62,925 nucleotides of DNA, filler included, from Licmophora abbreviata (GCA_900291995.1; 25 parts of 25 records of this genome joined end to end with filler, not necessarily neighbours in it); one strand, 5' to 3'. Positions 43,427 through 51,599 are shown, numbered from the whole stretch's first letter. Notes: generated from the sequence alone by a model not told the origin. A program made the numbers and translations.

Positions 43427-44077
43427 TCATTTCGGACAGATCGCGGCGCGCTCGGCGTCGGTGATCGAGAGCGAGGCATCGACCGAGAACTTGCTGAATT
43501 TCTCGTCGATCCAGCCGTCACACCCGCCCGAGCACGGCGCGCCGTTCCGGGCCTCGTTCCAATAGGCCTTTGCGCGGTCTTCGGACCAACCGCAGAACTG
43601 AACGAGCGCCATCGCCGAGAGCGCGCCCGAGGAATGGACGCCCCACATGCAATGGACGAGGACCGGGCCTTCGTCGGGATCTTTGATAACATCATGGATT
43701 GCCTTCATGACCGCTGCGGGACGCGATGAGCGAGTGGATGCATAGTCAAGATCGCCGGCGCCGCATGTGGTCGTGCCGTAGTCGGCGTTCTTGCCGAAGT
43801 CGGCGTAGAAGGCCCTCGAGAAGCCGTCGCTGCAGAGCGCGTGGCGCTGGGCGGTGCTGAGGCCGGTCCGGTTTTTGTCCCCGCCGGAGAATCCCGCGCG
43901 GTAGAGCACGCCGCTCAGGACGGGCCGAAAGAAGGTCAGGCCTTCGGGTGCACCCGAAGGGTTCCGAGCAAGCATGGCGCTTTCCGAGGGGCCGCCGCCG
44001 CGTTCTGTGAAGTCCTCGGCGTGGGCGATTGAAAGCATCGCGAGACAGGCGACGAGGCCTGATGCTAGATATTTCAT
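43427..44077 (-). CDS. Secreted PTP/dual-specificity phosphatase-like protein with non-canonical P-loop
   Basis: Signal peptide; FRPVLSGVLYRAG; GPVLVHCMWGVHSSG...QFCGWS. Confidence 0.7.
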   Translation of the reverse strand: MKYLASGLVACLAMLSIAHAEDFTERGGGPSESAMLARNPSGAPEGLTFFRPVLSGVLYRAGFSGGDKNRTGLSTAQRHALCSDGFSRAFYADFGKNADYGTTTCGAGDLDYASTRSSRPAAVMKAIHDVIKDPDEGPVLVHCMWGVHSSGALSAMALVQFCGWSEDRAKAYWNEARNGAPCSGGCDGWIDEKFSKFSVDASLSITDAERAAICPK

Positions 44078-44224
44078 GGCGACTACCTTGTCTATCTGGT
44101 CAGCGTTGAGCCCTGATCCGTTGAGTACCCTTTGTGCATGAACCTCCGCGCAAGAAATGCGGCGCGGCTTTGTCGCCACATTTCTGGAGGCAAGTGCCGG
44201 CCGGCACGGAGGCCGCAGCACAAA

Positions 44225-44896
44225 TCATTCGATTCCGAAGTAGATGTCGTAGCGCACGTTCTTTCCCGTGCGATTGATCACTTCGACAATGTGATCGCCG
44301 GATTGCCAGAGCTGCCCACGATAAGGCTTGTCGAGAGGAAGCTCGTCAAGAAGCGCGCTGCCGTCCGGGTTCACGATCCGGTAGGTGAGCGGCGCATTGG
44401 CGGGCGAGACGCTCACGTTCAGGAACTGTCCATTCCGCGCACCAAGCTGGTAGCGCACCGTTGCTCCGGGGCGCAGTTGCGCAGAAAACTCCGTCGAACG
44501 CGCCCCCGAGGGGAACCGAACCCTCGCGGTCGTGACGGTTTGCGACTGGGACGAGCCGGCGCTTCCGGCCTGATGCGGACTGCCTTCGCCGCGCACGAAG
44601 GCGGGCCAGGATTTTTGATCGGCAAAGAACTCGACCAGCCTATCGCCCTTGGCATCGTAGGAGCAGCTGAAGTAGGTGCTCCGGGTCTCGAGATATATGG
44701 TGCCGTTCACGGCGTGCGTCCCGTTTGTTCGCTGCCCATCGTAGGTCGCTTCAGTACGTGCGTCGAAGTCCTGATAGAATTGCTGCGAGGCGAGACGGCA
44801 GTCTTCGACCATGTAGCTGGGAGATTGGGCGAGGGCTGGGACTGCTGAACAGGCAAATGCTCCCAAGATGAATAGCGGCGAAATGGTCGTTTTCAT
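44225..44896 (-). CDS. Secreted protein: N-terminal two-Cys domain + C-terminal PliG/PPC-like domain
   Basis: Signal ...ALA-Q; EDCR...FSCSYDAKG; RVRFPSGA...YQLGARNGQ...GQLWQSGDH. Confidence 0.72.
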   Translation of the reverse strand: MKTTISPLFILGAFACSAVPALAQSPSYMVEDCRLASQQFYQDFDARTEATYDGQRTNGTHAVNGTIYLETRSTYFSCSYDAKGDRLVEFFADQKSWPAFVRGEGSPHQAGSAGSSQSQTVTTARVRFPSGARSTEFSAQLRPGATVRYQLGARNGQFLNVSVSPANAPLTYRIVNPDGSALLDELPLDKPYRGQLWQSGDHIVEVINRTGKNVRYDIYFGIE

Positions 44897-45083
44897 GGTA
44901 AGATCCTCTTGGTCAATCGCGCAGCTTTGCGCGGGTGGTACATCGGTTTCATGTGCAGCCCGGTCTCCTCGGGCGAGGGTGTCATTTGCAACAGGCACCC
45001 GAACCTCGGGCCAGCATCCCGTGCGGGCCAGTTGAGCCGCAGCATATGGGGCCTTCACCGATAACGCCGGTCGGGCCGGTTTC

Positions 45084-45434
45084 TCAGGCGGCGCCTTCGC
45101 TGCCCATGAACATCAGTTCGGGACCACGCCCGTCATTGGACACCAGACAACGCCATGGGGCGCCATTCTCGCCAACGCGCATGAAAACTCCCGAATTGGC
45201 CTGTGAAAACTCGGTACCAACGAGCCGGACCTTGCCATCGGTCTGGGCGTCAAGCGCGGCGACGCAGGACCGCATGGCGGCATCGCTGACCGACGCATCG
45301 AATGTGGAGATGAACGGAGGGCCACTCGGCGAGGGCTCCATCGGCAACTGGTTCGCAGCGCGCGGACCTTCGACGCAACCGGCGAGCGTCACCGCGCCCC
45401 CAAGACAGAAGGCCAGCCTGTAGATATGTTTCAT
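45084..45434 (-). CDS. Small two-Cys lipoprotein B
   Basis: RBS AAGGA; lipobox LAGC; last 42 aa are 41/42 identical to lipoprotein A. Confidence 0.88.
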   Translation of the reverse strand: MKHIYRLAFCLGGAVTLAGCVEGPRAANQLPMEPSPSGPPFISTFDASVSDAAMRSCVAALDAQTDGKVRLVGTEFSQANSGVFMRVGENGAPWRCLVSNDGRGPELMFMGSEGAA

Positions 45435-45530
45435 GTGGGTTTTTCCTTTCCACAGCACGAAATCAGAACCTTTCGCGCGTCCCCATCGACCATCTGAAGG
45501 AGAGTCCGGTTGAGCGACCACAGCGTAAGC

Positions 45531-45596
45531 AGCCTACGTCTCCGGACGGCCCATGTCGTTGGATGCATGTCGCGAACTTCGTTGTCTGGGAGTCTC
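45531..45596 (-). promoter_or_regulatory. Conserved operator/promoter P2
   Basis: GAGAC-TCCCAGA-CAA-N8-GCGAC-N7-CAACGACA-N17-TAGGCT. Confidence 0.8.
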
Positions 45597-45654
45597 AGTC
45601 GGAGAGAGCGCCAGCCCCTTTTCAACGCAACCTGAAGCGCCCGCGATCAAAGGG

Positions 45655-45797
45655 GGGCAATGTCAGAGGAAACCGGGTTGCGGCGCAATCGGCGCCGCCC
45701 TAGCCTGCCCGATGAAATAACACGATCCATTCAAGTATTTCAAAACCAGCCGGGAAATTATCCGGCTGGCCTTTATGCTGTATGTCCGGTTTCCGCC
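45655..45797 (+). mobile_element. IS6-family left end and decayed transposase start
   Basis: GGGCAATGTCAGA terminal motif, then MK*HDPFKYFKTSREIIRLAFMLYVRFP with an internal stop. Confidence 0.78.
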
Positions 45798-45798
45798 T

Positions 45799-46879
45799 TT
45801 ACTTCTTCTTTTTGATGATCTCCGCCTGCCGTTCCAGAGAAACATGGCAATAGGCGCTCGCAGTGGTGACGACGCTGGAGTGGCCGATATTTAGCGAAAA
45901 CGCTTTGAACTCTTCGATTGAGGGATAATGGGCGCTGGCNNNNNNNNNNNNNNNNNNNNNNNNNNNNNNNNNNNNNNNNNNNNTTAATTAATTAANNNNN
46001 NNNNNNNNNNNNNNNNNNNNNNNNNNNNNNNNNNNNNNNGAAGGTCGGCAGACCAGCCGTCTCGAACGCTTGCCGGACCGCTTTGCGGAGCGCGTTGGCG
46101 TTGCGGTAGATAGCGCGCTTGAAGCCTAGAACTTTGAACTCACCGTCCTTGTGACCGATTTCGAGCGGCGGGAAGAGCGGGTCATCGGGGCCGAAGAGCT
46201 TAGCCTTTTGTAGGTATCGGACCCATTCGGTGAAGAACTCTTCATAGACCGGATCGACCGAGAGGAAGAAGGTCGTGATCGTCTTCGACCCTTTGGTGCG
46301 GACCTCGCGGGCGTCTTGGAACACATAGCCGTCAATCGTGTTTACATGCTTGAGTCGAAGCGAAGAAATAGCCCCGTCTCGCGCGCCAGTCAGCATCAGG
46401 AATGCGATAAGAGCTTTGTCGCGGCGCTCGACTTCGGTGTTTTCCGGCATGGCGTCGAAAGTGTGGCGAACCATGTCGAGCGACGGATACGGCGTTTCTC
46501 TTGCCGTTCGGGCGACACGCTGGCCTTTGGCATCCATGTTGAAGTAGTCGGCATCGGAATGCCCGATCCGGCTCTTGTAGCCAGGTTTATCCGCCAGCCA
46601 AAAGATGAAGTCCTTGTTTGCCGCCAGGATGCTGGCGATTGTGGACTTCGCCAGCGGCTTGCCTGTCGTCTGACTGGTTTCCGTATCCAGCCGATCCCTG
46701 AAGCGGACCACCTGCTCGATTTTGAACTTCTTAAACGACGCATAGTTGCAGCTTGCCTCGAAGCGCTGGATCGCTTCAGCAGCCTTCACGATGGTCGCCT
46801 TGTCCTTGCGTTTGGCCGTCCGCAGATAGTGGAAATACTGGCGCTTGATCCGTTCGTTTTCTTCGTTAATTTTACGCAT
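45799..46879 (-). CDS. Second tyrosine recombinase (split by gap)
   Basis: RDKALIAFLMLTGARDG, VRTK; after the gap NIGHSSVVTTASAY (catalytic H and Y). Confidence 0.88.
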
Positions 46880-46930
46880 GATGAACATGTCCTTGGAAGT
46901 GTAAGTTAAGGCTGTGGGGAGCGGCATCTA

Positions 46931-47356
46931 TTAGGCGTCGCTCTCACCCCGTTTCGTGATGTCGAAGATTGCGGCGAAATCGGAGAGGTTACGCAATCCG
47001 ATGATCCGGTTGCTTGGGCCATCGCAGAAATCGCACACGCCTTTCAGCATGCCCGTCTTTGCATTGCGTGGCACCAGATCGACTAGAAGGCCGAAGGGGC
47101 GCCGTCCTTTCCTGCACGCTGGGCAAAACAACTCGTCAGGACCGAGCCGGCGCTTTGTGCGCTCCCGCTCCTGAGACAAGAACTCGCGCAGTTCTTCACC
47201 CGAATACAGGTAAGGGCGCTGTTCCTTCATCACCGGCAAACCCCTCCGCACGTAGTTCCGGATGGTCGCGGTTGTCACCTTGAGGTCGCGCGCCGCCTCT
47301 TCAGTGGTGTAGGTGAGCGCCTTGTTGATCGCCATCGGATTAGGTCTCTTGGGCAT
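46931..47356 (-). CDS. Excisionase-like HTH protein with C-terminal CxxC...CxxC zinc ribbon
   Basis: YTTEEAARDLKVTTATIRNYVRRGL; CPAC...CDFC. Confidence 0.8.
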   Translation of the reverse strand: MPKRPNPMAINKALTYTTEEAARDLKVTTATIRNYVRRGLPVMKEQRPYLYSGEELREFLSQERERTKRRLGPDELFCPACRKGRRPFGLLVDLVPRNAKTGMLKGVCDFCDGPSNRIIGLRNLSDFAAIFDITKRGESDA

Positions 47357-47558
47357 CGTCGTCCCCCTTGAAAAGGGCGCGGATTTGCTCCACCCGCCAA
47401 ACAGTCGTCCGAGGACCGAGCTTCTGCGGTTTCGGAAAACGTCCGTCTTTGACGCCTTGCCACCAAGTCGATTTGGAAACCGGGATGGGACCGTGAGGGG
47501 CAAGAATTTGAGAAAGGCGGACCAGTCCGGTTGTCGGGAATGTAGGTTTGTCTGTCAC
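47340..47558 (-). CDS. alpA: AlpA-family regulator / recombination directionality factor
   Basis: IPVSKSTWWQGVKDGRFPKPQKLGPRTTVW. Confidence 0.88.
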   Translation of the reverse strand: MTDKPTFPTTGLVRLSQILAPHGPIPVSKSTWWQGVKDGRFPKPQKLGPRTTVWRVEQIRALFKGDDDAQET

Positions 47559-47697
47559 GATGTAGCCTCGTTCGTTGTTGTGGAACGAGGTCTGTCACAG
47601 TCGGATTGCCTTGTGTGCGAACAGCAGCAGCGCTTGTTCGAACTCCACAAAAAATTGAAAAAAATAGGATTTTCAAAATTATTCGTTAAACGATTAA

Positions 47698-48585
47698 TTA
47701 TTCTTCTTTGTCGCCGTCCTTGGGCAGGTACTTGGCACCGATCTGAAGGTATTTACGAATCGTGTCTTGAGACACAGACAACCCGAGCCTGTCCGCGATG
47801 TCTTGGATTTCGCGTGGTATCGGGCTGCGACGACTGGCCGGGTCATAGCCATACTCTTCAATAGCAATGGCGGTCAGCAGTTTGGCGAGCGACGCAATCT
47901 CCCGGCCCTCTGGCGCACGTTCGGAGGCCAAAGCGGGTATGTCCTGACTCATCGTGTCTGCTTCAACTGGGCTGTTTTCCCGTTTTTCGACGATTTCGAG
48001 CATCCGCAGGAAACCTGGGTGGCAATCCAGCTGGACTGATCGAACCCATTCAGTCAGCTCTTTGGGAAATACGCTTCCGGCCCAGCCGTATGGCGCAAAC
48101 CGTCTACGGATCATTTCGAAGCGGCGAGACGCAAATTCGTAAGCTGGGGAGCTCTCATTTCGCTTTATTTTTTCGGGATTAAACCGTTCGCAGATGTACT
48201 GTTTCGGCTCAATCCCCACGGACAGTAGGGCGACCTCAGCCGAGTTGTACTTTGCCATCTTTGCCCAATAGTCAAAATCTGCCAGAATGTCTGGACGGCC
48301 TAAGCCAGCTTGATACCAGTCAGCCGTATCCTCAAGGAAGCGTTTCGCCTCCTTTGTCCAAGCAGCTTGTTTTTGCAACGCAATTGATGAAGTTGCCCGC
48401 CCCGTAGGAAGAAAGCTGTCCAAGCGCTCTTCTTCGACGAGTTCGTAAAGCCATGCTCTGATCGACGTGAAAAGATGATCCCTTTGGGTGCGTAGCCGAT
48501 CAACTGATTTAAGGTATTCCGTACCAAGATGGGGAGGTTCCAGAGGATCACTCCAATCATAGAGCAGGCCAACCGACTTATGCAC
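47698..48585 (-). CDS. Island hypothetical protein with C-terminal HTH-like segment
   Basis: 295-aa low-GC ORF between the integrase and AlpA; ends DRLGLSVSQDTIRKYL. Confidence 0.7.
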   Translation of the reverse strand: MHKSVGLLYDWSDPLEPPHLGTEYLKSVDRLRTQRDHLFTSIRAWLYELVEEERLDSFLPTGRATSSIALQKQAAWTKEAKRFLEDTADWYQAGLGRPDILADFDYWAKMAKYNSAEVALLSVGIEPKQYICERFNPEKIKRNESSPAYEFASRRFEMIRRRFAPYGWAGSVFPKELTEWVRSVQLDCHPGFLRMLEIVEKRENSPVEADTMSQDIPALASERAPEGREIASLAKLLTAIAIEEYGYDPASRRSPIPREIQDIADRLGLSVSQDTIRKYLQIGAKYLPKDGDKEE

Positions 48586-48646
48586 AATCAGTTCGATGAA
48601 TTCTTCTTCGGAAATGACGAGCCTCTATCGGATGATGATGGACAGA

Positions 48647-49677
48647 TCAGAAATCTGCCCGAGCTTCATCCAAAAATCCAGCCCACCAATCGGCCAGCTG
48701 CACCCGTTCCTGCCAGTGCTCGCCCCGGTCATAGGCACGGCGCACCCGATTGGTTTCCACATGCGCCAAAGCACGCTCTATGGCATCCGGGTGCCAAAGG
48801 TTGCTCTCATTCGCTAGCGTCGAGAATGTCGCGCGAAATCCGTGGGCGGTCATTTCGTCACCCGAATACCCCAAACGTCGCAGCGCGGCGTTGAGGGTGT
48901 TTTCGCTCATGGGCCGGTTAAATGACCGGAGGCTTGGAAACAGATAACGTCCGTTGCCATTGATCCGGCGCAGATCGTCGAGCAAGTCCAAGGCTTGCTT
49001 CGGAAGCGGCACACTATGCGGACGGCGCATTTTGGTGCGTTCGGCTGGGNNNNNNNNNNNNNNNNNNNNNNNNNNNNNNNNNNNNNNNNNNNNTTAATTA
49101 ATTAANNNNNNNNNNNNNNNNNNNNNNNNNNNNNNNNNNNNNNNNNNNNCCGAAAAACGGCGCTGATCCTTGATCTGAGCCGTTGCGCGGTTTCATGGTG
49201 CCCCTGCGCCTCGGCTTTGCGCAGGGTTTGCAGAATGAGAGGAGCACCAATTTCGGTGATTGCGACATCGCCGAAATCAACCTTGGCCATATCAAGCAAC
49301 CAAGCGTTCTTGTCCAAAGTCGCTTTGGCAAGCCCTTCCTTGGCAATCTTGACAAGGAAGTCGTCAGCCACTTTAGAAAAAGTGTGCTCCGAGCTTTCTT
49401 TTCGAGCAGTCTTCTCCGCCTGCTTGGCCGCGCCCGGATCAATACCTTTGGCAAGCAAGCCCTTTGCAGCATCGCGCGCCACTCGCGCATCGGCCAAGGA
49501 AACCGATGGGTAGGCTCCGAACGAAAGCCGCTTCTCGCGCCCCTGAAACCGATACTTTAGACGCCAGAGCTTCGACCCGGACGGGGTAACCTCAATGTAA
49601 AGCCCGCCCGAGTCGGCGAGCTTATAAGGTTTTCCCTTCGCTTTGAGGTTTTTCAGTTTGGTGTCTGACATCGGCAT
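48647..49677 (-). CDS. P4-like tyrosine integrase (split by gap)
   Basis: KPYKLADSGGLY...GSKLWRLKYRF arm-binding domain; HGFRATFST, ERALAH, RRAY. Confidence 0.93.
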
Positions 49678-49740
49678 TGGGGGCATCCCTTCAACAAGCA
49701 TTTCGCATGTGCCCCCAATTCTGCCCCCATGACGGGGGCA
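49678..49740. repeat. Integrase arm-type sites (TGCCCCCA x2 plus two inverted copies)
   Basis: TGGGGGCA 49678, TGCCCCCA 49710 and 49722, CGGGGGCA 49733. Confidence 0.72.
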
Positions 49741-49841
49741 TTTGGCTGGCCCGAACAAAACTACATCGGACAACCGAAAGCACGAAAGCCCTTCTTTTTC
49801 GGGCTTTATCATACTTAGTCGCTTGTATCTGGATGTTTAGG

Positions 49842-49917
49842 TGGTGCCCCCACACGGACTCGAACCGCGGACCTACTGATTACAAATCAGTTGCTCTACC
49901 AGCTGAGCTATAGGGGC
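49842..49917 (-). tRNA. tRNA-Thr (anticodon TGT)
   Basis: GCCCCTATAGCTCAGCTGGTAGAGCAACTGATTTGTAATCAGTAGGTCCGCGGTTCGAGTCCGTGTGGGGGCACCA, 76 nt, cloverleaf with CCA. Confidence 0.97.
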
Positions 49918-50065
49918 GCCGGGAAATGAGATACGCACATAGCGGAAATACTGCAAGTCGAAATGCAGGCTTTCGTCATATGTTCCGTCCAAAAGCCGTA
50001 AGCGGTTTAACTGCGTGGCAAATGTCGTATATTGCCGTGACCAGTTGGCCATATCCGGAACCAGT

Positions 50066-50941
50066 ATGAAGGTTGTTCTCCACGCGGGCGCCCATGTCAC
50101 CGACGAAGATCTTCTCGTTCGGTGCCTTACAGACAACGCGGACCTGCTTGCAGGGCATGGGACCCTGGCGCCCCATCCCGTTACCTATCGCAAACTCATC
50201 CGGGATATCCTGCAGGATATGCATCAGGGACGCGGTCCGGCGGAGGCGCGGAAAAGCTTGTTGGACGCCATTGGCCTCAATGCCACGACCGAGCGCCTGA
50301 TCTTGTCGAACCCCGGCCTTTTCGGCACGCCCAAAATGGCAGCATCCGCCGGCATCCTCTATTCGGCGGCCGAAGAACGCCTTGCCGCTCTGGACACGAT
50401 CCTTGCGGGGGCCGAGCTCGAACTCTTCATCGCCATTCGCAACCCCGCGACCTTCCTGCCCGCGATCTTCCGCCAGAGCCCGGTCGCCAGTTTTTCCGAA
50501 CTGATGCGAGGCAAGAAACCCGAAACCGTTCGCTGGTCGGAGATGATTATTCGGGTGCGCAGGGCATTTCCAGACATGCCGATCACCCTGTGGTGCAACG
50601 AGGACACGCCCCTTATCTGGGCCGAAGTCGTTCGCGAACTGGCCGGGCTTGATCCGACGGCCACCTTCGAGGGCGAATTCCTGCTGCTGTCGCGCATCAT
50701 GAGCGAGGTGGGGATGAAGCGTTTCCATACCTATCTGGCATCGCATCCCGGCATGACCGAAGTGCAAAAACGCCGGGTCATCGCCGCGTTTCTCGACAAA
50801 TTCGCCGAAGAAGAAGCCATCGAGGAAGAGTTGGACCTGCCCGGCTGGACCGATGATCTGGTCGACCGGCTGAGCGATCTGTATGACGAGGATGTCTACA
50901 ATATACAGCGCATTCCCGGTGTGCAGGTGATTACCCCCTGA
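50066..50941 (+). CDS. Conserved roseobacter hypothetical (sulfotransferase-like N-terminal LHxGAHxT)
   Basis: VVLHAGAHVTDED; IRNPATFLP; WCNEDTPLIW. Confidence 0.75.
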   Translation: MKVVLHAGAHVTDEDLLVRCLTDNADLLAGHGTLAPHPVTYRKLIRDILQDMHQGRGPAEARKSLLDAIGLNATTERLILSNPGLFGTPKMAASAGILYSAAEERLAALDTILAGAELELFIAIRNPATFLPAIFRQSPVASFSELMRGKKPETVRWSEMIIRVRRAFPDMPITLWCNEDTPLIWAEVVRELAGLDPTATFEGEFLLLSRIMSEVGMKRFHTYLASHPGMTEVQKRRVIAAFLDKFAEEEAIEEELDLPGWTDDLVDRLSDLYDEDVYNIQRIPGVQVITP

Positions 50942-50961
50942 CCGGCGAACACGGAAGGATC

Positions 50962-51219
50962 CTACATCCCGAGGGCTTCCTTGTACATCTCCAGCACGGC
51001 CTCTTCCTCGGCGATATCGTCCCTGTCGCGCTTGCGCAGCGCGATAACCTTGCGCATCACCTTGGTGTCGTAACCTCGCGCCTTGGCCTCGGCCATGACC
51101 TCTTTTTGCTGATCCGCGATATCTTTCTTTTCGGCGTCCAGACGCTCGAAGCGCTCGATGAACTGGCGCAGCTCATCCGCGGTGACACGATAGCTCGATT
51201 GTGGGTTGCTCTCGTCCAT
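50962..51219 (-). CDS. DUF2312 / GapR-like nucleoid-associated protein
   Basis: ELRQFIERFERLDAEKKDIAD...EAKARGYDTK...LRKRD. Confidence 0.92.
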   Translation of the reverse strand: MDESNPQSSYRVTADELRQFIERFERLDAEKKDIADQQKEVMAEAKARGYDTKVMRKVIALRKRDRDDIAEEEAVLEMYKEALGM

Positions 51220-51364
51220 GGGATCCTCCGGTCTGGTTGGTCGTCCTCCTAACCTTGCCCGAGCACCGCCGCAAGATACAACTCGCGTCACGCTGCGTGG
51301 TTGCAGTCACGCCGGGCTTCGGATAGGCGATCACACACTCACCGCCAAGGCGAAAGGGCGCGCA

Positions 51365-51580
51365 ATGGAGTTGTTGATCTGGTTTGGGGCGTTCATGTCC
51401 TGCGTCGGGCTTGCCGCGCTGGTCTGGTGCATCGTGACGGTCTGGAAGGCGCGCCGCGCAGGATTGTCGGACGAGGCGTTGCGCGAGCGGGTCCGCAAGG
51501 TGGTGCCGGTCAATGCCGGCGCGTTGATGCTGTCGATCCTGGGGCTCATGCTGATTGTGCTGGGGATCTTTCTGGGCTGA
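51365..51580 (+). CDS. Small 2-TM membrane protein
   Basis: MELLIWFGA...VVPVNAGALMLSILGLM. Confidence 0.75.
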   Translation: MELLIWFGAFMSCVGLAALVWCIVTVWKARRAGLSDEALRERVRKVVPVNAGALMLSILGLMLIVLGIFLG

Positions 51581-51599
51581 TGACCCGAGACGGCGCGCC

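Larger units (their letters stand above)
27666..49857. mobile_element. Integrative genomic island at tRNA-Thr(UGU)
   Basis: tRNA 3' end TGGTGCCCCCACACGG (49842-49857) recurs as TGGTGCCCACACGG (27666-27679). Integrase lies next to the tRNA; paired TGCCCCCA repeats at both ends; AlpA; IS remnants. Confidence 0.85.

Noticed and set aside
27666..49857. Prophage, ICE or CRISPR interpretation of the island
   Set aside because: No capsid, terminase, primase, relaxase, T4SS or cas genes, and no spaced repeat array visible in the sequenced parts.
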